From Candidatus Fermentibacterota bacterium (GTDB lineage Bacteria; JAFGKV01), in the NCBI GenBank assembly GCA_016928395.1, contig JAFGKV010000138.1:1-49460 (forward strand): a stretch of 49,460 nucleotides of DNA, in the 5' to 3' direction. The translations under genes and the position numbers were made by a program. A model generated the notes under the pieces. It was not told the origin of the DNA. It did not search any database and saw nothing but the letters and a program-made list of their open reading frames with translations. Position 1 is the stretch's first letter; every line of letters starts with the position of its first letter. Positions 1 through 8,366 of the stretch are shown here, in pieces.

Positions 1-1
1 C

Positions 2-64
2 GCGATGAGAACCTCCGCAAGACAGATGGGTTACGAACTCCAGCCCATCAAGGTTGCCGCATGA
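2..64 (+). CDS. 3' end of a gene entering from the left edge, possibly an IS110-family transposase tail
   Basis: Frame 2 reads AMRTSARQMGYELQPIKVAA then TGA at 62-64. The A-x-x-[LM]-G-[YF]-x-L-x-P tail resembles IS110 transposase C-termini, but only 20 codons are visible. Confidence 0.25.
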   Translation, partial: AMRTSARQMGYELQPIKVAA

Positions 65-164
65 AGTGAAGTTACAGCTTAGTGGGGCCCCTGAATGCGG
101 AGGCTTCCAGAGGCCCCGCTGAAGACTACATGCTCCACCGCATAGCCGCGGGTCGTCTACCCGG

Positions 165-1766
165 CTACCCGCCGACTTCCGCCTGAGCAAGGGTAGGGGT
201 CAGCAGGATGACCAACTCCGCCCGCTTGACCTCTTCCACCTGGTGGCGAAAGAGCGCACCGAGCACGGGGATGCTGCGCAGCAGTGGCACTCCGCTGGAG
301 ACCAGATTCGTGGTTTCCCTGATGAGGCCGCCGATGACGATGCTGCGGCCGAAGGGAACGGTTGCCCAGAGACGGGCATTGGTTGTTTCCACGATGGGGT
401 ACCTCGTATCGGCTGCCTCCACATACCCGGTGATGGAGCTGAGTTCAGGCCTGATCTCCAGGCTGACCGTGCCGTCGCCGTGGGCCTTCGGCTTCACCCA
501 GACACTCAACCCCACGGGCAAGTAGGTGACCCGCTGATAGCGGCTCACCGCCCCGCTGTTGTCCTCGCGGGTATCCACCGTGACATAGGGAACCTTGCTC
601 CCCACCATCAGCTCGGCCTCCCGGCCCGAGTGGGTCAGGAGCGTCGGGCGCGAGATCAGCTCGACTCTGCCGAATACCTCCAGCAGGCTGAATAGCACGG
701 TGTAGTCATCATCGGCGATATCGCCGACCTCAATGCTCAGGCGTGGCCCGGAGGACTCCATGGGAAAAGACCCGCGGAGGACCAAGCCATCCACCTTGTC
801 GGCGATGGCCTGCCAGTCAATGCCGGTGGAGACCTCCCTGGAGACTGACACCTGCAGTATCTTGGCATCGACCCGGATCGTGGTGCGGGCGGAGTCTACC
901 TGTGCCAGAATACTCCGCACCTGGTCGATCCCTCCGGGCGAGTCCTCCACGAGCAGGCCCGATGCACCCACGGTTGTCACGGTTCGCCCCGGCTGCATGG
1001 CCCGAAGCCGCTCCACCAACGCACCCAGGGAATCCGTCTCGGCGTGAGCCAGCGTGAGATACGCGGGGCTGTGAGTGGGAGCCGAATCCAGGGAATCGAT
1101 GAATGCCCGCACCCGCTGCAGCCGCCAGGGTTGGTCCCGAATGATCACCCGGGCACGCCAGGCATCGGCAAAGGCCGTGCCCGAGGGCCCCAAGAGCTCA
1201 CGAACCCGGCGGGCCGCCTCCTCGGCGGCGATCCACCGCACGTCGGCCGTGAGGGTCTCATGCGGCCGGTCGGCCGATACGACTACGGCCCGCATGGCCT
1301 CGATGACAGAAGGCCTATCATGGGCTATGATGCTGTTTCCTTCTGGCTCCACCACTATCCTGCCGCCGGGTGACGAGAGAGGACCGAGACTGGTGGCGAG
1401 TTCCGCGGCGCCGATCTCTCGCACGGTGAAGACCTCGGTCCGCATCTCTGCGGCGAACTTCAGCCCGGTTATGCGTTCATATTCATCCCTCGTAACGAAC
1501 CGGTACATCCCCCCGGCACGATAGACGGCCCACCCCCCGGCTGCAGCCAGAGCTTCCAGCGCATCGACGACCTCGGCATCGCTGACGAACAGGGTGACCT
1601 TACCCTTGACGCCAGGCCCGATGACCACATCCAGCTGGGCCTGGGCACAGAGGCCCTGTACGACATCCACAATCTCGGTGTCGCGCGCATCGACGCTGAC
1701 CTTGGCGGAGGAGACCCCGAAAAACAGGGCCAGAACACACGTTACGTAGAGCCTACAATTCCACAC
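165..1766 (-). CDS. gspD: Secretin (GspD/PilQ family)
   Basis: Signal peptide; N0 domain (VDARDTEIVDVV...GVKGKVTL); N-domain repeats; C-terminal secretin motifs VDAKILQV..GIDW, SRPTLLT..GREAEL.VG, IVIGGLI and GVPLLRSIPVLGALFR...ELVILLTP. Confidence 0.92.
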   Translation of the reverse strand: MWNCRLYVTCVLALFFGVSSAKVSVDARDTEIVDVVQGLCAQAQLDVVIGPGVKGKVTLFVSDAEVVDALEALAAAGGWAVYRAGGMYRFVTRDEYERITGLKFAAEMRTEVFTVREIGAAELATSLGPLSSPGGRIVVEPEGNSIIAHDRPSVIEAMRAVVVSADRPHETLTADVRWIAAEEAARRVRELLGPSGTAFADAWRARVIIRDQPWRLQRVRAFIDSLDSAPTHSPAYLTLAHAETDSLGALVERLRAMQPGRTVTTVGASGLLVEDSPGGIDQVRSILAQVDSARTTIRVDAKILQVSVSREVSTGIDWQAIADKVDGLVLRGSFPMESSGPRLSIEVGDIADDDYTVLFSLLEVFGRVELISRPTLLTHSGREAELMVGSKVPYVTVDTREDNSGAVSRYQRVTYLPVGLSVWVKPKAHGDGTVSLEIRPELSSITGYVEAADTRYPIVETTNARLWATVPFGRSIVIGGLIRETTNLVSSGVPLLRSIPVLGALFRHQVEEVKRAELVILLTPTLAQAEVGG

Positions 1767-2115
1767 GAATCACCTCGGTGTCCAACCGCACAATCACCAC
1801 GCGCCTCCCTATGGAATCCACCACCGCGCCCCTGATGGTGTCACCTACGGCCACCGTGAAGGTCGACTCCCCCACTGCCACTGTGGCCCGCGGGCGGGGA
1901 CCCAGCAGCGTCGAGAGTAGCGCAAATGGCGCTGATGCCGCCCTGTCGAGCCCAAACAACCCGGACAGCGGCTCCGGTTCGTCGAAGATACTGTGACGTT
2001 CCACCCGCGCCACCTCATTCGATACGTCAGGCTTCGGCGAAGAGGGACGAACGAAACGACCTGCAGACACAAGAAGAAGAACGGCCGCCAGCAGAAAGCC
2101 AAGATCCCGCGCCAT
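1753..2115 (-). CDS. GspC/PilP-like inner-membrane protein (HR domain)
   Basis: One N-terminal TM helix, then beta-rich ATVAVGESTFTVAVGDTIRGAVVDSIGRRVVIV. Overlaps the secretin start. Start placed at ATG 2115 (MARDLG). Confidence 0.6.
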   Translation of the reverse strand: MARDLGFLLAAVLLLVSAGRFVRPSSPKPDVSNEVARVERHSIFDEPEPLSGLFGLDRAASAPFALLSTLLGPRPRATVAVGESTFTVAVGDTIRGAVVDSIGRRVVIVRLDTEVIRVEL

Positions 2116-2325
2116 GCACAGCGGCATGAAACGATACGTCCCCCAGGGCAGCCTCATCCACGAATCCACTGTGGTGGTTGGGATCATAGGGATCGTTCAG
2201 CGGCGTTGTCGCGAAAGACGACATCGGCGGGACGGTCCAACCTGACCACCCATAGACCCCAGGCAACCGGCAAGGGCCATTGCCCTGCGGCGGCTGAGCC
2301 TCTCTCGTCTGCACCGCGCTGCCCG

Positions 2326-2745
2326 TCAGCTCCCATCAACTCTCTCCATCACCACCGTCACCTCCAGCTCACGCCCAACCCTCGTGAGAGAGAGTGAACT
2401 CAGCAGAGCGCCGCGGGCCCGGCCAAGTTCGGACAACCGCGTCCACACCTCGCCCCCACTCCCGCGCTGAGACAGGACGAACCGGCCGTTGTCCATCGAC
2501 ACTGCAGCCCCCAAGAGAGCCGCGGATCTGGCTACTTCCTCCAGAGACAGATCCCCGCCATTGGATATGGCGTCAGGGTCTCGCACAAGAATGAGCCGTG
2601 CCCTCTGCGCCGCAAGATCTGCCCGCATGGAGTGCAATCGCCGCGCATCCCGTTCCATAGTCCGCCACGAATCCGCCACAACGACGAGTGCCACGAGGCC
2701 CGCCGCCAGGGCTAATGCGCGCTCCCGCCGTCTCAATGGGCGCAT
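2326..2745 (-). CDS. GspM/PilO-like protein
   Basis: MRPLRRRERALAL (the typical L-x-x-R-E-R before the TM helix), then coiled coil and a ferredoxin-like C-terminus. Follows the gspL-like gene. Confidence 0.6.
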   Translation of the reverse strand: MRPLRRRERALALAAGLVALVVVADSWRTMERDARRLHSMRADLAAQRARLILVRDPDAISNGGDLSLEEVARSAALLGAAVSMDNGRFVLSQRGSGGEVWTRLSELGRARGALLSSLSLTRVGRELEVTVVMERVDGS

Positions 2746-3743
2746 GAAAGGGGAATCTCCATGCGGAAAGCCACGGCACGGCCCTCGTCCCACACGGCAA
2801 GGCCTTGAAGGTCCGCACCGAGCGATCGGCGAAGGGTCTCGACAGCCTCTCTGCTCTCTCCGTGGCCGGTCAGAGTGACCGTTCTGGCGTCTTGGAGCAT
2901 CCTGCTCAGAGTGATTTCCGAGGCGCAGGACGACGCTTGAACAAGGAATCGTGCGCCTTCGGCCACGGAGCAGCCTCGGGATTCTGCACGATACAACGCG
3001 GTGGTTGCCTCAGCGGCCTGCCGCTCTACCGCGGCGGTCTCGCGGTGAATCCAGTGCCAGCGCGCCCCGCCCCATGCCAATACCGAGACAGCCAGCACCA
3101 CGGCAGCCATTGATGGCCTCAGCCTCGATCCCGGGCGAGCGGATGACCATCCCTCTGGTACCCGCGACAAGGCAAACGCCGCCCCACCTCGCAGAGAGGG
3201 TACGATACCGGTGGGCTCTCCTTCCCCTGAGAGCGATGCGTCTCTCCATGGCCCCCACCCGCCCTTCTCCAGTGTGACACCTCCCGCCGGCCACGTAAGC
3301 ATGGCGCCCTTGGCCTGTCTGGGGGCTCCCTGGATCGCGGCGACCCACACCGGAAACACCACCGTCTCGCCGAACCCTGCCGCGTGAGCCGACTGGATGA
3401 TCTGGCGCACCTGTCCGCGGGGAGAGGCGATAGCCTCGCGCACCTGCGCGGTGCCATCCCTGGCATTGCGTTCCCAGACTACCAGTTCGACTCCTGACGG
3501 CAACGCCCTATCCGCTGCAGAACCCCTCTCTCCGGAGCGAACGATGAGACGATCCCTGTCCAGCCCCACGGCCAGAACCTTATCCGGCGACGCCACGGGT
3601 TGAAGCCCGGACAGAAGATCGGAAACAGTCTCCCCCGGCACGGTGGTCTCGTTTGCCATCCGCCAACCCAGGCTGTCTCTTCTGATGGTAAGAACCCGCC
3701 ATCCCTCACCCTGTCTGACTGCAGACAAGACCTTACGACGCAT
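2733..3743 (-). CDS. GspL/PilN-like protein
   Basis: Cytoplasmic N-terminal region, TM helix (MAAVVLAVSVLAWGG), coiled coil, PilN-type ITLSRM...TVTLTGHGESREAVETLRRSL. Confidence 0.6.
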   Translation of the reverse strand: MRRKVLSAVRQGEGWRVLTIRRDSLGWRMANETTVPGETVSDLLSGLQPVASPDKVLAVGLDRDRLIVRSGERGSAADRALPSGVELVVWERNARDGTAQVREAIASPRGQVRQIIQSAHAAGFGETVVFPVWVAAIQGAPRQAKGAMLTWPAGGVTLEKGGWGPWRDASLSGEGEPTGIVPSLRGGAAFALSRVPEGWSSARPGSRLRPSMAAVVLAVSVLAWGGARWHWIHRETAAVERQAAEATTALYRAESRGCSVAEGARFLVQASSCASEITLSRMLQDARTVTLTGHGESREAVETLRRSLGADLQGLAVWDEGRAVAFRMEIPLSCAH

Positions 3744-4488
3744 CGCTGATCATCTGAGCGGCAATCAAAGCGATGCCGCCTCGGGAAGGTTCACGCCGGA
3801 GGATGATCTCGCAGCAGCCGGCCTGAGACATGCCGTGCGTCGAAGACTCGCCCCCTCCCCTGCGCCGGTTTTCCCGGTGAGTCGGCCGAGTTTCGCAGTA
3901 CTCGACCCGGAAGACCTCGCTGCGCATGGCCAGAAGCCCCTGATCCGAAAGAAGGGTCAGTCTCTGCAAATCGATACCGGTGAGGCCCGGCGCCGAGGAG
4001 AGATCCCGCACCTCTCGTATGCCCTCATCTGTTCGCACCCGCAATGCCCGGGCCGCTTCGGGCGAGAATCCCGCCACTACCCAGGCCTCCTCGCAGGCGG
4101 TCAGCACGTTCATCCAGCGCGCACCCACTCCACCATCCGGCGGTCCCCTCCCGCGATTCCCGGGGAACAACCCTGGATTCGGATGCCGTTCCAGATCGGT
4201 GATCCGTAACGATGCGCCCTCAGGCCAGATTCCCCCATACCCTATACCTTTGGGCAGCGTGGCAACCGCCCATCCATCTCCTGGATGATCCACGGCTCTG
4301 TCGGAATCCTGCTGCAGAAGCATGGCGGCGTATTCCGCGGCAGATCGCGCGGCCAAATCCGCGGCGGCATGCCGCTCATACCGTCGCACCATGAGCAACG
4401 ACATGCGGGCACTGACAGCGGCGTCCATCAAAACGACGATCATGAGCGATGCAAGCCAGAGCACGACAACACCCATCATGACAGCCAC
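3733..4488 (-). CDS. gspK: Minor pseudopilin, GspK-like
   Basis: Hydrophobic N-terminus (VVVLWLASL), AARSAAEYA, D-H-P-G-D-G-W-A, LRITDLE, MNVLTA, and an HhH-like region followed by RSEVFRV, all GspK-like motifs. Confidence 0.65.
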   Translation of the reverse strand: MAVMMGVVVLWLASLMIVVLMDAAVSARMSLLMVRRYERHAAADLAARSAAEYAAMLLQQDSDRAVDHPGDGWAVATLPKGIGYGGIWPEGASLRITDLERHPNPGLFPGNRGRGPPDGGVGARWMNVLTACEEAWVVAGFSPEAARALRVRTDEGIREVRDLSSAPGLTGIDLQRLTLLSDQGLLAMRSEVFRVEYCETRPTHRENRRRGGGESSTHGMSQAGCCEIILRREPSRGGIALIAAQMISDAS

Positions 4489-4853
4489 CGCTTGCTACCC
4501 GGCACGCCGCACACCACGCATTGCGTGGAGTCAGGGGAAAATCGCATCACCATCAAGGCCTCGTCCGAACCGTGCACCTGCCATGACTCAACGCCGCTGT
4601 CAGCATGGCTACGCCCTTGCTGCAGGTCCAAGGCACCGAGAGATCGCCCTGCGCCTCGCCACCGGCACATTCCGGAGACACCCCGTATCTGCCGGCTCAA
4701 GACCGAGGCACGGGCCGTGATGGCCGAGGCCGCCCGTCGCGAGGACGACACCGTCTGCACAATGGCCAGCGTCGCGGTAGACAATATGGCCAAAGCCAGT
4801 AGCACCTCCAGGAGGGCAGTGCCCTTGGCGGAAGTGGCCGTTGTGGGTCTCAC
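4476..4853 (-). CDS. Prepilin-type minor pseudopilin (GspJ-like position)
   Basis: Class III signal AKG|TALLEVLLALAILS. Start placed at GTG 4853. Confidence 0.6.
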   Translation of the reverse strand: MRPTTATSAKGTALLEVLLALAILSTATLAIVQTVSSSRRAASAITARASVLSRQIRGVSGMCRWRGAGRSLGALDLQQGRSHADSGVESWQVHGSDEALMVMRFSPDSTQCVVCGVPGSKRWLS

Positions 4854-4860
4854 CCCGCTG

Positions 4861-5211
4861 CTACCCGGCGCCGCGCCATACCGCGCGGGAGAATACTGCC
4901 ACCGTATCCCGGGGAGCACGTTCGCCGCGGGAGAAGGCCCTGACGCGCAGCATGCCTGCACTGACCGAATCAGATATCGCGAACGCGCGCGAGGGAGCCG
5001 CGACGTGGAGCGTGTCCCCGGTGACGCCGGGGTTCACACACGCGGTCTCCAGCGCGCAACGGCACGCGAGCACCGTGGCCCATCGGCGTTCCGCCGCCCG
5101 CTGAGTTCGCACCGCGTTGGATAGAAGCTGCCCGCACGCCACGACCGCGAGAGCCCACAGCGTCACTGCCGCCATCACGTCAAGGAGGGCGAACCCGCCA
5201 CCCCGCCTCAC
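4861..5211 (-). CDS. Prepilin-type minor pseudopilin (GspI-like position)
   Basis: MRRGGG|FALLDVMAAVTLWALAVV class III signal with Asp at +5. Confidence 0.6.
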   Translation of the reverse strand: MRRGGGFALLDVMAAVTLWALAVVACGQLLSNAVRTQRAAERRWATVLACRCALETACVNPGVTGDTLHVAAPSRAFAISDSVSAGMLRVRAFSRGERAPRDTVAVFSRAVWRGAG

Positions 5212-5328
5212 CCCTCACGCCCTTCCCATAGAAACCTGCGCCGGATGCCCGGGTACGGAGAACCGGCACCGACTCCACATGGAGCATCCCACAGACGTTG
5301 TGCACAAGCCATGGCGGCCAAGGGTTCG

Positions 5329-6039
5329 CTAAAGCCTGGGTCGCTGTGAGATACGACGGAGCTCGTCGATCTTGTCCGCCGCAGCCAGGAGTTGATCTCG
5401 TGTCCTTGGGCCGATACCGGAATCGTTGGCCGCAGCGTTGCAGATATGCCGCACGCTGTCGCCAACCTCAGTCATGAGCTGCACCTCGCGACGGGCCACA
5501 CTGCGCAGCTCTTCCATCGATCGGCGCATGCCTCGCTGCACCACGTGAAGTTCCCCGAACGGACCCATGGGAGTATCCAGTCGGAGGTCACCGTCGACAA
5601 TTCCCTCCAGCCGGCGGACTATGCCCTGCTCAGCCATAGTGATCCGGCGAGACCACAGCAACCCGAATATCCCTGCGAAGACCAGAGCTGCCACAATGCT
5701 CGTCACATACGGTACCGGATTCGCCAACGCCGCCGCCGCCGCAGTCAGATGCCTGCTTGCTCCACTGCTGGACGATGCCAGATCCATGCCCACCGCCCGG
5801 GCCAACGACGCCCGTTGTTGCGCGGGAAGCTGTTCATTTGCGGAGACATCGATGAGCTTGTGCAACGATTCACTTGCCTGCACGCTGAGTCGCGCGCCCT
5901 CCGTAAGATGGCGCACCCCAGGCCCCACGCTCAGCCAGCACCAGACCGTCACTGCGGCCATGGTCGCGCCCATGACACACAGCAACAGCGTCAGGGCAAA
6001 CCTGACCTGGGAGACGGAATCAATCATCAGTCTTGCCAT
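5329..6039 (-). CDS. Two-TM membrane protein with a HAMP-like domain (truncated MCP-like)
   Basis: TM1, periplasmic helical region, TM2, then SRRIT...IVDGDL.LD...GEL HAMP-like segment and a short helical tail. GGAG RBS before ATG 6039. Confidence 0.6.
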   Translation of the reverse strand: MARLMIDSVSQVRFALTLLLCVMGATMAAVTVWCWLSVGPGVRHLTEGARLSVQASESLHKLIDVSANEQLPAQQRASLARAVGMDLASSSSGASRHLTAAAAALANPVPYVTSIVAALVFAGIFGLLWSRRITMAEQGIVRRLEGIVDGDLRLDTPMGPFGELHVVQRGMRRSMEELRSVARREVQLMTEVGDSVRHICNAAANDSGIGPRTRDQLLAAADKIDELRRISQRPRL

Positions 6040-7189
6040 ACTCCACCCCGTTCTCTCTCGTGACGTCATCAGCCGCCGCAAATAGAAACCTCAGCGCAGA
6101 CGCGATAGTTGTGCCCCCGCCCGGGCTGTTCGACCCCGGGACGGGCGACTCCTCGTAGACAAGATCCGAACCCTGCACCCATCCGTGCGTCACCAGAGCA
6201 CTGCATGCCGCGGCAACGGAAGGTGTCAACACGGAGTCCACCAGGGTCTCCCCCGTCGAAAGGTAGAAGCGAGCGCGCGGTCGAGCCTGCGCCATGCTGG
6301 TATCGCCAATGGTCCTAAGGACCTTGTCGTCTCCCCAGATCATGAAAGGCGACATGCAGGCCGCATGCCCGAGGACATCCGGATGCCACCACGCGCCCAG
6401 AAACGAGATCAAACCTCCCAGCGCACATCCCATGGTTGCGGTGTGCTCCCGCTCGGGCATGGTGGGGAACAACGAGTCAACCCGGGGTTTCAGTTCGTGG
6501 AGGAGAAAACGCACATAGGCCTCCCCCAAGGTCGTATCGGCAAACTCGAAAGCCCTGTGGGGCGACGCCCCTACCGCCACGATGATGAGTGGCGGTAGAA
6601 TCCCGGCATGGTGCAGGCTGTCGGCTATTTCGTCCAGCCTCCACTCGGAGCCGGTAGAGGAGTGCCGGGCGTCAAACGCATCCTGGCCGTCGTGCACATA
6701 AAGCACGGGATAGCGCTCAGAGGGATCATTGCCCCGGGAGGACGGAAGAAGTACCCAGACATCTCTCGGTACCGGCAGCAGGAGGGAGGCGACCTTCCCC
6801 AGATGCACGACCTCAGCCCTCACAGGGGCTGTCCCCGGCCACTCATCCTCCCATCCATCGACTTTGACAGAGAGCAACGTGTCGCCAAGCGCCTCACACC
6901 AGGCCTCGGGGAAACGAACCCCTTCGACCACGGCTTCCTTTGCCCAATCCCCACGAATCACGATAAATGAGAACGGCACCTCCTTGGCGGTGCGCACCGA
7001 GCCTTCCCACTCACGCGGCCCAACGCGGGTCAGGGCCAGTGCCCGCCCGTCATCCCACCCGCCCAGGCTTGGGATGCTGCCTACGACGCACACAGGCATA
7101 CCGTCTGGCACGGCCGCATCCACGCGGAACGTGACGGTCACGCTGTCCAGCGCTCCGACGACGGCCAAGGCCAGCATGGGGACAATCAT
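6020..7189 (-). CDS. Secreted CBM20 + alpha/beta-hydrolase (putative esterase family) protein, probably catalytically inactive
   Basis: Signal peptide; CBM20 motif VTVTFRV...VVGSIPSLGGWD...W; esterase motifs RDVWVLLP, RYPVLYVHDGQ, W.LDE, LKPRVD. The nucleophile elbow reads GCALG instead of GxSxG. Confidence 0.75.
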   Translation of the reverse strand: MIVPMLALAVVGALDSVTVTFRVDAAVPDGMPVCVVGSIPSLGGWDDGRALALTRVGPREWEGSVRTAKEVPFSFIVIRGDWAKEAVVEGVRFPEAWCEALGDTLLSVKVDGWEDEWPGTAPVRAEVVHLGKVASLLLPVPRDVWVLLPSSRGNDPSERYPVLYVHDGQDAFDARHSSTGSEWRLDEIADSLHHAGILPPLIIVAVGASPHRAFEFADTTLGEAYVRFLLHELKPRVDSLFPTMPEREHTATMGCALGGLISFLGAWWHPDVLGHAACMSPFMIWGDDKVLRTIGDTSMAQARPRARFYLSTGETLVDSVLTPSVAAACSALVTHGWVQGSDLVYEESPVPGSNSPGGGTTIASALRFLFAAADDVTRENGVEYGKTDD

Positions 7190-7223
7190 GAGCACTCCCG
7201 CTGACCCCCCAGAGTCCCCGCCT

Positions 7224-8366
7224 TCATCGCCACCACCTTCGCAGCCCCTCAGCAAGCACCTCGCCCAGCACATCCAGGGAGTATCTCTCCTCGATCCGGG
7301 ATCGTGCGGCCCTGCCCACCGACTCCCGCATCTTCTCATCAACCGCCAGCGCTATAAGGTGCTCGGCGAGGGTTGCGTCGTCTCCTGCGACGAAACCGCT
7401 TGTCCCATGCTCCACTATGTGCGCTGCTTCACCACCCATGACGACCACCGCCAATCCGGCGGCCATGTATTCGAAAAGCTTAGTCGGGCTCTTCCCCTTG
7501 TGCCACGAATCGTCGTGGGCGCAAGGCAACACGCCTATGTCGGCCCGCGCCAGTTCGCCGGGCATGGCATCCGGCGGAATCCAACCCGGGAAATCCACAT
7601 GATCCAGAAGCCCCATCGACTCTGCGCTGCGGTGGACTTCCTCCATGTAGGCTCCGCCGCCGATGATGCGAACACGCACGTCGGGTCGGGCGAGAATCAC
7701 CGCCGGAAGTGCCCGCAACAGGAGGAGCACATTGTCGCGGATCATCTTCCCCCAGACGACGCCGTTCCACAGAATGACGACCCCGGGGTGAGGGGTGGCG
7801 CGGGGCTGGAATCGCGCGGCGTCCACCCCGGTCGGCACGTAGACGACTCGATCGGTGAACTCGGAGAGCCGCTCCACCAAAAACCGGCTGGCGCCCACCG
7901 CGAAGATCGCACGTTGCGCAACACGGCAGAGAATCCTCTCGGGATTTTCGGAGCCGAACAACGATCTGGTCAGACGGGGATCCTTGAACCCACAGAAGAG
8001 GGGAACGCCGTATGGATCGGTCCCCACCTCCCAATCGTCGTAGTCGAGCACATAGGGCGCCCCGGTCAGGCGATGCACCAGCAACGCGGCCAGAGCATGG
8101 TAGTGGATCTTCTGCACGTACAGAAGCGCCTGAGGCCGAAGCAGTAGACGAAGGGCGGCGACGAGGATAAGCCAAAGCCGATGTGGATCAGACAGGCCGT
8201 ACATTGCCGCCTCCGGCACCCGCGGTGCAAGACGGTCGTGGAGCGAGAACACCTGCGTGCGGTAGCCGTGCGCAGCCAGCACCTCCGCGAATCGGTAGCA
8301 CCGCACCCGCGTGTGCGGATACTCAAAGCCGCTCAGCCCGATGAATCGAACGGTTCCGCGACTCAC
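7224..8366 (-). CDS. Glycosyltransferase family 4
   Basis: GT-B motifs PTGVD..RF, ADIGVLP, KSPTKLFEYMAAGLAVV. Confidence 0.9.
   Translation of the reverse strand: MSRGTVRFIGLSGFEYPHTRVRCYRFAEVLAAHGYRTQVFSLHDRLAPRVPEAAMYGLSDPHRLWLILVAALRLLLRPQALLYVQKIHYHALAALLVHRLTGAPYVLDYDDWEVGTDPYGVPLFCGFKDPRLTRSLFGSENPERILCRVAQRAIFAVGASRFLVERLSEFTDRVVYVPTGVDAARFQPRATPHPGVVILWNGVVWGKMIRDNVLLLLRALPAVILARPDVRVRIIGGGAYMEEVHRSAESMGLLDHVDFPGWIPPDAMPGELARADIGVLPCAHDDSWHKGKSPTKLFEYMAAGLAVVVMGGEAAHIVEHGTSGFVAGDDATLAEHLIALAVDEKMRESVGRAARSRIEERYSLDVLGEVLAEGLRRWWR

Noticed and set aside
2116..2330. TGA read-through (selenocysteine or recoding) fusing the gspM-like and gspC-like genes, which share a frame
   Set aside because: It would need two TGA read-throughs, the intervening peptide is not protein-like, and other genes in the window use TGA as a normal stop.
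5208..5465. 85-aa ORF as a missing GspG/H pilin
   Set aside because: No class III signal or hydrophobic helix, and it largely overlaps the HAMP gene.
6729..8147. 472-aa + strand ORF (likewise 20605-21879 + and 47569-48549 -)
   Set aside because: Antisense shadows of well-supported genes.
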